Translations under genes and position numbers: made by a program
In this document: positions 17,190 to 25,286 of the stretch, piece after piece
Layout of the letters: each line of letters begins with the position of its first letter
How positions within the stretch are numbered: position 1 is the first letter of the stretch
Notes under the pieces: model-generated
Database searches by the model: none
Seen by the model: the letters and a program-made list of their open reading frames with translations, nothing else
What the model was told of the DNA's origin: nothing
IMG/VR virus record: IMGVR_UViG_3300037501_000241
Source of the DNA: a virus
Length of the DNA: 64,000 bases
Direction: 5' to 3' (one strand)

Positions 17190-17761
17190 AAAATATGGAA
17201 AATCTTTATCTTAAATCAATAGAATTAGAAATTGAATCGCAAATCACAATTTCTTTATGGAAAGATAATTTAATTAAAAAATCATTGAATGAACCAAATG
17301 TTGCCGATTTTTTGATGTATCATAAGAAAAAGAAATATGATTTGGACCGCAGTATTGAAAATAGATGGAATAATTTAATGCTCTCCCCCCGGTTTAGAAA
17401 TTATTTCTACGAAAGGGAATACGAAATTGAAAGCAGAAAAGATGATAGCGAATCAATCGCTTATTGCGCTACTTTAAGAAAATTATGGATGAAAGGAAAT
17501 ACAAATTATAATTACGCTCTTTTGGCAGAGAAAAAAAAGAATTTTAGTTATGAGGCGTATTTGGGAGAACCGAAGAGAACAAACGGAGGTAAAAAAGTAT
17601 GGTTATGTCCTCTTGGACACATTGAAAAAAATCCATCTTTTACAGTTTTTCCGGACAATCATTTTTACTGTTTCTCGTGTTGTGAAGGAGGGGACCCGAT
17701 AACATTTGTGATGAAAATGGAAAACTGTGATTTTAAGCGCGCTTTAAATAAATTATATTAA
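17174..17761 (+). CDS. Protein with C-terminal primase-type CHC2 zinc finger
   Basis: CPLGHIEKNPSFTVF...FYCFSCCEGGDPITFVMKMENCDFKRAL. Confidence 0.88.
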   Translation: MRQRIKNMENLYLKSIELEIESQITISLWKDNLIKKSLNEPNVADFLMYHKKKKYDLDRSIENRWNNLMLSPRFRNYFYEREYEIESRKDDSESIAYCATLRKLWMKGNTNYNYALLAEKKKNFSYEAYLGEPKRTNGGKKVWLCPLGHIEKNPSFTVFPDNHFYCFSCCEGGDPITFVMKMENCDFKRALNKLY

Positions 17762-17786
17762 AAATAAAAAAACACAATATTTTTTT

Positions 17787-18770
17787 ATGAAAATTGAAAA
17801 ATTAAAAATAAATACGGTGGTTTGTGGAGATAGCTTAGCTGTTCTCAAAACTTTTCCAAACGAAAGCGTGGACTGCGTAATCACAAGTCCGCCATACTTT
17901 AATCTTAGAGATTATGGCGTTAATGGACAGATAGGTTTGGAAAAAACATATCAAGAATATATTGATAAATTGATTGCCGTATTTGATGAAGTAAAAAGAA
18001 TTTTGAAAAAAGACGGAACTTGTTTTATTAATCTTATGGATACTTATGGTGGTAGCGGGGGATTGGGATATAAACAAAGTTATTCAAATGTTAATCAATC
18101 AACCGGTGGAAAGGAAAATATATCATTAAAAAGCAAATTAGGGATTAAAACTAATTATCTGCAAAAAAGTTTAATGATGATACCCGAAAGATTTGGAATA
18201 GCAATGATTGATAGGGGTTGGATAAACAGAAATTGTCTTATCTGGATAAAACCAAATGCGATGCCCGAAAGCGTGCAAGACAGATGGAAAAAGGCGCACG
18301 AGTATATATTTTTCTTCACAAAATCAAAAAAATATTACTTTAACTTGGATGCCATAAGAACACCGCATAAAGATATTTCCATTAAAAGAGCCGACTATGA
18401 ACAAGGAAGAAATGCTTTGGGACAAAATGTTAGCAGTATGGGAGATAAATCAAAAAAATATGGAATGTCTGCAAGACAAGTTAAGTTAAATCCAAAAGGA
18501 GCAGTTCCACCGGACTATCTGATAGTTAATACAAATTGCTCTGAATTTGACACTGTAAAAGAACATTACGCCACATATCCGACTAAATTGATAGTTCCGC
18601 TTATTAAAGCAGGGTGTCCGGATAAAGGAATTGTTTTAGACCCATTCTTTGGAAGCGGAACAACAGGGCTTGTCGCGAAATTCTTGGGACGTAATTACAT
18701 CGGAATAGAACTTAATCCTGAATATATCAAGTTAGCAAAACAAAGATTATCGCAACAAATCTTAATCTAA
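17787..18770 (+). CDS. DNA methyltransferase (N4-C/N6-A, beta class)
   Basis: TSPPY catalytic motif precedes the DPFFGSGTT SAM-binding motif. Confidence 0.93.
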   Translation: MKIEKLKINTVVCGDSLAVLKTFPNESVDCVITSPPYFNLRDYGVNGQIGLEKTYQEYIDKLIAVFDEVKRILKKDGTCFINLMDTYGGSGGLGYKQSYSNVNQSTGGKENISLKSKLGIKTNYLQKSLMMIPERFGIAMIDRGWINRNCLIWIKPNAMPESVQDRWKKAHEYIFFFTKSKKYYFNLDAIRTPHKDISIKRADYEQGRNALGQNVSSMGDKSKKYGMSARQVKLNPKGAVPPDYLIVNTNCSEFDTVKEHYATYPTKLIVPLIKAGCPDKGIVLDPFFGSGTTGLVAKFLGRNYIGIELNPEYIKLAKQRLSQQILI

Positions 18771-18928
18771 ATAACCCCCTCACCATAAAAACGCGCGGGG
18801 TCGGTCAGCAGAGAAGCTGTGCGTGTTCACAGGGGGAATATAAAAAATAAAATTAACACAAAACAAGAACAGATTAAAAAGGTTTTAAGTGTTAATTCCT
18901 TTTTAGTCCTTTATTGTTTTAAATATAT

Positions 18929-19792
18929 ATGCTTAATGTAAAAAATCTCGCAGAAATACAAAAGCAAGGAAATCAAACGCTTAACATTTTAATTTATGGA
19001 CAACCAGGAACAGGAAAGACAACACTTGCGTCCTCAGTTTCTAAGCTCGGCAAAACTTTACTTATTGATAGTGAAGCAGGAAGTAAATTTATAAAAGAAG
19101 AGTTTGCAGGTAATATTGACTACCTAAAACTTGAAAAGATAGAACAGTTGGATGAAGTATTAAAAAAAGAAAACATAAAAGAATATAAAGCAATAATAAT
19201 TGATTCAATTTCTGATGTTCTGAAACGAATGATTGACAAAGTAAAAGGGACGAAAGAAACCCCGCAACTTCAAGATTGGTCTAAAATTATTGGGGGTCTT
19301 GAAACTTATTTTAGACATTTTCGTGATTTAGATAAACATTGTATTCTTGTTGCTTTATCTCAAGATCACGAAGACGAAGGAATAATCTTGCAAAGACCCC
19401 TGCTTGCAGGAAAGTCGTTGCCACAGAATGTTTGTGGTTATATGGATATTGTTCTTTATTTGACTTCAGATAAACAAAATAAGAGACACGGATTCGTTCA
19501 GCCGACAGAAAAATATTACGCCAAAGATCGTAGTGGAATGCTTGGAGATAATCTTGTTGATGAACAACTAAATATTCAATGGATTTCCGAAAGGTGTTTA
19601 ATAACGCCAAAGAGTGCTTCTAAAGAACAATTAGAAAGAGTTTCTGAACTTGTCAAAGAATTAAAACTTGATAATGACGCAAAATTAAAAGCGGCATTTT
19701 GGGTTGGGGCGATTGATTTAAAAGTTCTTAACTGTGTGCAGGCAGAGAAAATAATTGGAATGTTAGAAAAAAAATTATCTTTAGCTAACTAA
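18929..19792 (+). CDS. Sak4-like (AAA_24) ssDNA-annealing ATPase
   Basis: YGQPGTGKTT, LLIDSEAG, IIIDSIS and YAKDRSG motifs; followed by nuclease and SSB-like genes. Confidence 0.85.
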   Translation: MLNVKNLAEIQKQGNQTLNILIYGQPGTGKTTLASSVSKLGKTLLIDSEAGSKFIKEEFAGNIDYLKLEKIEQLDEVLKKENIKEYKAIIIDSISDVLKRMIDKVKGTKETPQLQDWSKIIGGLETYFRHFRDLDKHCILVALSQDHEDEGIILQRPLLAGKSLPQNVCGYMDIVLYLTSDKQNKRHGFVQPTEKYYAKDRSGMLGDNLVDEQLNIQWISERCLITPKSASKEQLERVSELVKELKLDNDAKLKAAFWVGAIDLKVLNCVQAEKIIGMLEKKLSLAN

Positions 19793-19796
19793 ATTT

Positions 19797-20429
19797 ATGT
19801 GGTCAGCAAGCCAACTCAAAATATATCGCATTTGTCCAAAGAAATACTATCATCAGTATATACTTGGAGAAAAGGAAGCGCCGTCAGAAGCGCAGTCCTT
19901 TGGCATATTGTTTCACGAAGCGGTCCAAAAACTTAATGATTTGAATGAAAATCTATACCCGGAAGAAATTGTAAGTATGATTAAAAATCTAAGAGCAACT
20001 CCCGAATTTGCGGAAATAAAAATCATTGCGTGGGAACAAAAGTTTAAACAGAAATTGGGCGAATTCACTTTTCTCGGCTATATAGACGCGATAGGAAAAT
20101 TACCAAACAGAGAAGATGTTATTATTGAGCTCAAGTCCGCAAATTCTATGTGGAAAGAGAAAGAGATACAAGAAAATATAGTTCAGCCGACAATATATCA
20201 AAAGGCTACCGGCATAAAGAATATAAAATACTTCATTGTCGGAAAACAAAAAAATCCAAAAGTTCAAGTTATAAATGCAGAAGTTGAGCTTTGGGAAAAG
20301 GTAGAACAAACTTGTAGAGATATAATAAATGATTTTGGATATGAGCCAAATGCTTACAAAGATGAAAATAAAAAACATAATTGCTTTTCTTGTTCATTGC
20401 GAGAAAGCAGGTGCGAAGCTTATTTTTAG
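19797..20429 (+). CDS. PD-(D/E)XK exonuclease (RecB/Cas4-like)
   Basis: WSASQL...CPKKYY, GYIDAI...IELKS and C-terminal CFSC...C. Confidence 0.88.
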   Translation: MWSASQLKIYRICPKKYYHQYILGEKEAPSEAQSFGILFHEAVQKLNDLNENLYPEEIVSMIKNLRATPEFAEIKIIAWEQKFKQKLGEFTFLGYIDAIGKLPNREDVIIELKSANSMWKEKEIQENIVQPTIYQKATGIKNIKYFIVGKQKNPKVQVINAEVELWEKVEQTCRDIINDFGYEPNAYKDENKKHNCFSCSLRESRCEAYF

Positions 20430-20481
20430 AAATTTAACTTAACCGCCTCCCAAAATAAAATAATGGAAGGCAAAAAATAGT

Positions 20482-20916
20482 ATGGAAGAAAATTTATTAG
20501 ATAATTTGTTAGATGATGAAGCCAAAAAACTCTACAACAAGCCAGAAAGTTCTTTGAATACGAAGTTTCTAAAGAATGAGTTTTTTATTGGAGATGGTAT
20601 AGTTCTATCATTGAAAGAAAAAGTTGGAAAAATTACATCAACATTTAAGAATGAGAAAACCGGAGAATATCCTGAAAAATATCTTTTTACATTCTTTAAT
20701 GAAATTGCCAATGAGCAAACAATGGAAACATCAGTTAAGAACGGAAAAAGAATGTTGGAAGCAATAATAAAAGCAGGAGTCAGAATTGGTGATAAAATGA
20801 TTTTGAAAGCTGAGAAGTTGGATGAATATAACTATTCTTGGGAATGCAAGAAATTGGAAGACGAGAAAGAAGAAAATCCACTTGATTCAATGGGACAAGA
20901 AGATTCTCCGATTTAA
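20482..20916 (+). CDS. Putative single-stranded DNA-binding protein
   Basis: Follows the Sak4-exonuclease pair; acidic C-terminal tail ending DSPI. Confidence 0.45.
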   Translation: MEENLLDNLLDDEAKKLYNKPESSLNTKFLKNEFFIGDGIVLSLKEKVGKITSTFKNEKTGEYPEKYLFTFFNEIANEQTMETSVKNGKRMLEAIIKAGVRIGDKMILKAEKLDEYNYSWECKKLEDEKEENPLDSMGQEDSPI

Positions 20917-21002
20917 TTCAATTTTAGTCTGGCTGAAAAGCTGGACTATATAGTGAATTAAATATCCCTCCATAAAAAAATTGTGGGAGATGAATAAATA
21001 CT

Positions 21003-21293
21003 ATGAAAAAATGGACAAAAAAATTTCTTAATAAAACAATGTTAGAAAAATGGGAAAAAGAATATAATGATCCATTAAATTGTAACCATACAAAAGATAA
21101 CGCAGAAAAGGCGTTTAAAAAATTTGGTATTCCGAAAGATTTGTGGATGGAATTATCAGAACATCACATAATTTTGCAAGACATAATCAAATCTTCAATT
21201 AAACTGGAATGGAAATTCAATATGGCTTTTATGTGTGGATTTTTAGTTGGTTGGAAAGAGAGGATGGACGATAAAAAGAGAATAAATAAATAA
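21003..21293 (+). CDS. Hypothetical protein
   Basis: 96-aa ORF. Confidence 0.7.
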   Translation: MKKWTKKFLNKTMLEKWEKEYNDPLNCNHTKDNAEKAFKKFGIPKDLWMELSEHHIILQDIIKSSIKLEWKFNMAFMCGFLVGWKERMDDKKRINK

Positions 21294-21640
21294 AAATATA
21301 AAAACAAAACAAATCAAAATAATCCCCAAATATGAAAAAACAAAAAGTAAATATGCGGGTATGGCTTTGCACCAATCCGCTAAAAAGCGGACAAAATCAA
21401 GCGTTCCCACAAAGATTTATAAGCCAGCTTGAAAAAGATTATTTGACAAATAATTGAAAAATCCGTAAAACTATTGAAAAAATGCGGAATTTTAATTTTA
21501 TTTCACATAATTATTACTCCGACTTACAGAAAAAAAACAGGGTTTGAAAGAGTGGGATTGCATCCTGTTTTATGCGGATTGGGAAACGCGATAAGAGTTG
21601 TAAATGTGTTAAGAAAATAAAAAAAGTTAGATAAAACATT

Positions 21641-22504
21641 ATGAAAAAATACGGATTTTCTTATCAGGGAAGCAAATCAACAATCGCGCAAAATATTATC
21701 AACACATTACCATCGGCTGAAAATTTTTATGATTTATTTGCTGGTGGTTGCGCTATAACTCATTGCGCTTTGGAAAGTAATAAATGGCAAAATGTGATTG
21801 CCAACGATATTCAAAATGCGCCATCTTTATTTTTAAGAGCCATTAAGGGTGAATTTAAGAATGAAAAAAGATGGATAAGCAGAGAGCGATTTTTTAAAGA
21901 AAAAGACAAAGACCCTTATATTCGTTGGATTTGGTCTTTTGGAAATAACGGACAAGCTTATTTATTTGGAAGAGATATTGAAAATTTGAAAAAAGAGGCT
22001 CATATATTTTTATTTGAAAATGGTTATGATTATACATCTGAAAAAAGAGTTAAATTGATTAAATTATTTAAAAAAAAATATAAAAAAGATGAAAGATTTG
22101 AGCTTCAACAGCTTGAACAGCTTGAACGGCTTGAACGGCTCCAACAGCTTGAGCAGCTCCAGCAGCTTGAACGACCACAAGTTTTACAAAAAGATTATAA
22201 AAAAATAAAAATAAAAGCGTCATCAGTAGTTTATTGCGATATTCCATATAACCAAAAAAAAGATAGAAAAAAAGAGTATTACGGAATAACATTTGATACA
22301 AAAGAATTTTATGAATGGGCAAAAACACGAGATTTTCCAGTTTATTTCTCTTCTGTATCTTGTGATGACCCGTATTTCAACGAAGTTTGGTCAAAAGAAA
22401 AAGTGTGCTTAATGAATAATAAAAATTCAATCGGAAATAAAAAAATAATTGAACGATTATTTTGGAATAAAAAAGGAAATAACTTTAAAACAACGCTTTT
22501 TTAA
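21641..22504 (+). CDS. Dam/D12-class N6-adenine DNA methyltransferase with internal L-[EQ]-[QR] repeats
   Basis: YQGSK, DLFAGG, AND and YCDIPY motifs; eight 9-nt repeats at 22103-22174. Confidence 0.88.
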   Translation: MKKYGFSYQGSKSTIAQNIINTLPSAENFYDLFAGGCAITHCALESNKWQNVIANDIQNAPSLFLRAIKGEFKNEKRWISRERFFKEKDKDPYIRWIWSFGNNGQAYLFGRDIENLKKEAHIFLFENGYDYTSEKRVKLIKLFKKKYKKDERFELQQLEQLERLERLQQLEQLQQLERPQVLQKDYKKIKIKASSVVYCDIPYNQKKDRKKEYYGITFDTKEFYEWAKTRDFPVYFSSVSCDDPYFNEVWSKEKVCLMNNKNSIGNKKIIERLFWNKKGNNFKTTLF

Positions 22505-22528
22505 TCACTTAAAAAAATAAATTAGTGG

Positions 22529-22572
22529 TGTGGATAAAAACACTTGACATATATATGGCAATAGTGTAAAGT
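22529..22572 (+). promoter_or_regulatory. Reverse DnaA box plus sigma70 promoter
   Basis: TGTGGATAA (22529-22537) then TTGACA-17 nt-TAAAGT. Confidence 0.65.
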
Positions 22573-22617
22573 AATAATAGATAATCAATACATTCATTGT
22601 GTTGGTTTCGCTAAAAA

Positions 22618-22786
22618 AACCTGCGAGAAAAAATTATTTTAAAATAATTGTGTATCTCGCGGGGCAAACCTGCGAGATTTGTTTATATATAAAGACCCGC
22701 AAGGAGCAAAACTATTGGAGAGTGAATAACTTGACAATTAGTTTTTAACCTTAAATACTCTCGCAGGTTGCGGGTCTTTATGTGTA
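22618..22786 (+). ncRNA. Candidate switch/antisense-type structured RNA
   Basis: aacctgcgaga twice with two complements; tatatataaagacccgcaa pairs ttgcgggtctttatgtgta through G-U pairs. Confidence 0.55.
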
Positions 22787-22828
22787 AATAAATTAGTTAA
22801 ACAAAAAAAGAAATTAACTAAAAAAATA

Positions 22829-22966
22829 ATTCTCGGTGCTTGCGAAGATGCAAGCTAAGTGTCTGTCGTATGCCGAAATGTCAGTAAAAGTTTAGATATT
22901 TACCTCCTCCACAATTTATCTAAATGATGAAGAACAAAGTAGGCGCATAAGAAACAGCCGAGAAAT
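22829..22966 (+). ncRNA. Candidate small RNA with anti-SD loop
   Basis: Closing stem ttctcgg/ccgagaa, hairpin gcttgc/gcaagc, hairpin tttagata/tatctaaa with ACCTCCT in its loop. Confidence 0.5.
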
Positions 22967-22992
22967 TAAAAATTAACATTTCATAATACATT

Positions 22993-23238
22993 ATGAAAAA
23001 ACTATTAAAAAAAATAGAGAATAAATTATATCATTTTGAAGATGGTATAAAAGTAGAGGGAAAAAATAAAGATTTGTTTGGCGATTGCTCTAATTTGTTT
23101 GGCGACTGCTCTGGCTTGTTTGGCGACTGCTCTAATTTGTTTGGCGACTGCTCTGGCTTGTTTGGCAATTTAGACGAATGTGAAATTTCAGATGAAGAGC
23201 GAAAAAAAGGAATTGATATTAAGGAATTGATTAAATAA
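22993..23238 (+). CDS. Small protein with four 7-aa LFGDCS(N/G) repeats
   Basis: 21-nt tandem repeats at 23074-23157. Confidence 0.85.
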   Translation: MKKLLKKIENKLYHFEDGIKVEGKNKDLFGDCSNLFGDCSGLFGDCSNLFGDCSGLFGNLDECEISDEERKKGIDIKELIK

Positions 23239-23243
23239 TTTTT

Positions 23244-23642
23244 ATGAAAAAACTAATCTTCGTTTTAATAATTGCCGGAAGTTTTCTTTGTCTTACAGGC
23301 GGAGGATGCTCTGACGCAGATATCGCATCCCGTAATTTATCAACGGCTGCCGACCAATTTGAGATTAACAGACGCATAGTATTCTATAACGGAATAAATG
23401 GGGAATACATGCTCACGATAGAAGGTCTTTGTTCTTTGGGAAATGACAGAACAACAACTGAATTAAGCGTAACTTGTAAAACAGGAGTTGGTGAATATAA
23501 AAAACATTTTCTTGGTCTTTCTGACAATGTAACTTATTTTGTAGAACAAATAAAAGACGCAAAAGTTAACGAATATCGTTATAGAGTTATTTTCAAGCCA
23601 TCGGTAATTATTCCCGATATTGACACAGAAATTGGAATTTAA
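23244..23642 (+). CDS. Conserved phage lipoprotein (beta-sandwich type)
   Basis: Signal peptide ending GGGC; RRIVFYNGI...KKHFLGLSDNVTYFVEQ motif of a widespread phage family. Confidence 0.85.
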   Translation: MKKLIFVLIIAGSFLCLTGGGCSDADIASRNLSTAADQFEINRRIVFYNGINGEYMLTIEGLCSLGNDRTTTELSVTCKTGVGEYKKHFLGLSDNVTYFVEQIKDAKVNEYRYRVIFKPSVIIPDIDTEIGI

Positions 23643-23737
23643 AATATAAATCTTATCTAATATGTTTAGAAATTAAGGAGATTTATATTCGGCAATATAA
23701 GAAATGGTAAAGAAATTAAAAATTAACACATAACTTT

Positions 23738-23983
23738 ATGAAAATTTTTTCACAACCAAAAAAATATTGGTCAAAAGAAGCGTGCAAAGAACGCTATAAA
23801 TGCGAAACAATTAACGAAGGCGATTGCGAAGAAACAAAAGATGTTATATTTGTCCCAGACAACGCTGAAGCGGATGAAAGAGAGAGAGAATATGAAGAAG
23901 AAGCTCAGTTTTACGCAGAGCAGGCGGAGAATGACGCTCAATATGTTTGGGAGAACTCGCGCGGGACATCTAATTTAAAATAA
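23738..23983 (+). CDS. Acidic hypothetical protein
   Basis: 81-aa ORF with an acidic C-half. Confidence 0.65.
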   Translation: MKIFSQPKKYWSKEACKERYKCETINEGDCEETKDVIFVPDNAEADEREREYEEEAQFYAEQAENDAQYVWENSRGTSNLK

Positions 23984-23996
23984 ATAAAACCAACTT

Positions 23997-24626
23997 ATGA
24001 CACTCATACAAGAAAAATTAAAAAAATATAGAGAAAACATTTTAAAAGAAGCGGGATATGACTTAACAAATGAAAATGTCCGTGATTGCGCTAAATATGC
24101 CAAACTTGAAAATCTTAAATTGTTAATTGAGAATAAATGTGATTTAACAGATTATAATGTCCGTGATTGCGCTGAATATGCTAATCTTGAAAATCTTAAA
24201 TTGTTAATTGAAAATAAATACGATTTAACAAATGAAAATGTCCGTTATTGCGCTAAATGCGCCAAACTTAAAAATCTTAAATTCTTAATTGAGAATAAAT
24301 GTGATTTAACAGATTATAATGTCCGTGATTGCGCTGAATATGCTAATCTTGAAAATCTTAAATTGTTAATTGAGAATAAATGCGATTTAACAAATTATGA
24401 TATTCGTTATTACACTGAGCGCGCCAACCTTGAAAATCTTAAATTGCTAATTGAGAATAAATACGATTTAACAAATGAAAATGTCCGTTATTGCGCTAAA
24501 TATGCCAATCTTGAAAATCTTAAATTGCTAACTGAGAATAAATATGATTTAACGGATGAAAATATTTGGTATTGCGCTCTCTATGCCGATATAGATTTTA
24601 TTAAGAAAGAGCTTTTAATCAAATAA
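23997..24626 (+). CDS. Ankyrin-like 27-aa repeat protein 1 (7 repeats)
   Basis: 20-aa N-cap plus 7 x 27 aa = 209 aa. Confidence 0.9.
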   Translation: MTLIQEKLKKYRENILKEAGYDLTNENVRDCAKYAKLENLKLLIENKCDLTDYNVRDCAEYANLENLKLLIENKYDLTNENVRYCAKCAKLKNLKFLIENKCDLTDYNVRDCAEYANLENLKLLIENKCDLTNYDIRYYTERANLENLKLLIENKYDLTNENVRYCAKYANLENLKLLTENKYDLTDENIWYCALYADIDFIKKELLIK

Positions 24627-24641
24627 ATAAAATATAACATT

Positions 24642-25271
24642 ATGACACTCATACAAGAAAAATTAAAGACATATAAAGAAAATTTATTAAAAGAAGCAGG
24701 ATATGACTTAACAAATGAAAATGTCTATTATTGCGCTGAATATGCTAAACTTGAAAATCTTAAATTGCTAATTGAGAATAAATATGATTTAACAAATAGT
24801 GATGTCCATTATTGCGCTAAATATGCCAAACTTGAAAATCTTAAATTGTTAATTGAGAATAAATACGATTTAACAAATGAAAATATCCGTTATTGCGCTG
24901 AATATGCTAATCTTGAAAATCTTAAATTCTTAATTGAAAATAAATGTGATTTAACAGATTATAGTATCCGTTATTGCGCTGAATTCGCCAAACTTGAAAA
25001 CCTTAAATTCTTAATTAAGAATAAATATGATTTAACAAATAGTAATGTCCGTTATTGCGCTAAATGCGCCAATCTTGAAAATCTTAAATTACTAATTGAA
25101 AATAAATGCGATTTAACAAATAGTAATGTCCGTGATTGCGCTAAATGCGCCAAATTTGAAAATCTTAAATTCTTAATTGAGAATAAGTGCGATTTAACAG
25201 ATGAAAATATTCGTTATTGCGCTCTCTATGCCGATATAGATTTTATTAAGAAAGAGCTTTTAATCAAATAA
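24642..25271 (+). CDS. Ankyrin-like 27-aa repeat protein 2 (7 repeats)
   Basis: 20-aa N-cap plus 7 x 27 aa. Confidence 0.9.
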   Translation: MTLIQEKLKTYKENLLKEAGYDLTNENVYYCAEYAKLENLKLLIENKYDLTNSDVHYCAKYAKLENLKLLIENKYDLTNENIRYCAEYANLENLKFLIENKCDLTDYSIRYCAEFAKLENLKFLIKNKYDLTNSNVRYCAKCANLENLKLLIENKCDLTNSNVRDCAKCAKFENLKFLIENKCDLTDENIRYCALYADIDFIKKELLIK

Positions 25272-25286
25272 ATAAAATATAACATT

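Noticed and set aside
19797-20429. Cas4 as part of a CRISPR system
   Set aside because: The Sak4-like ATPase and SSB context indicates a phage recombination exonuclease; no array or other cas genes.
22870-22950. Permuted hammerhead (CGAAA ... UGAUGA)
   Set aside because: The core reads AUGAUGA, and stems II and III cannot be formed.
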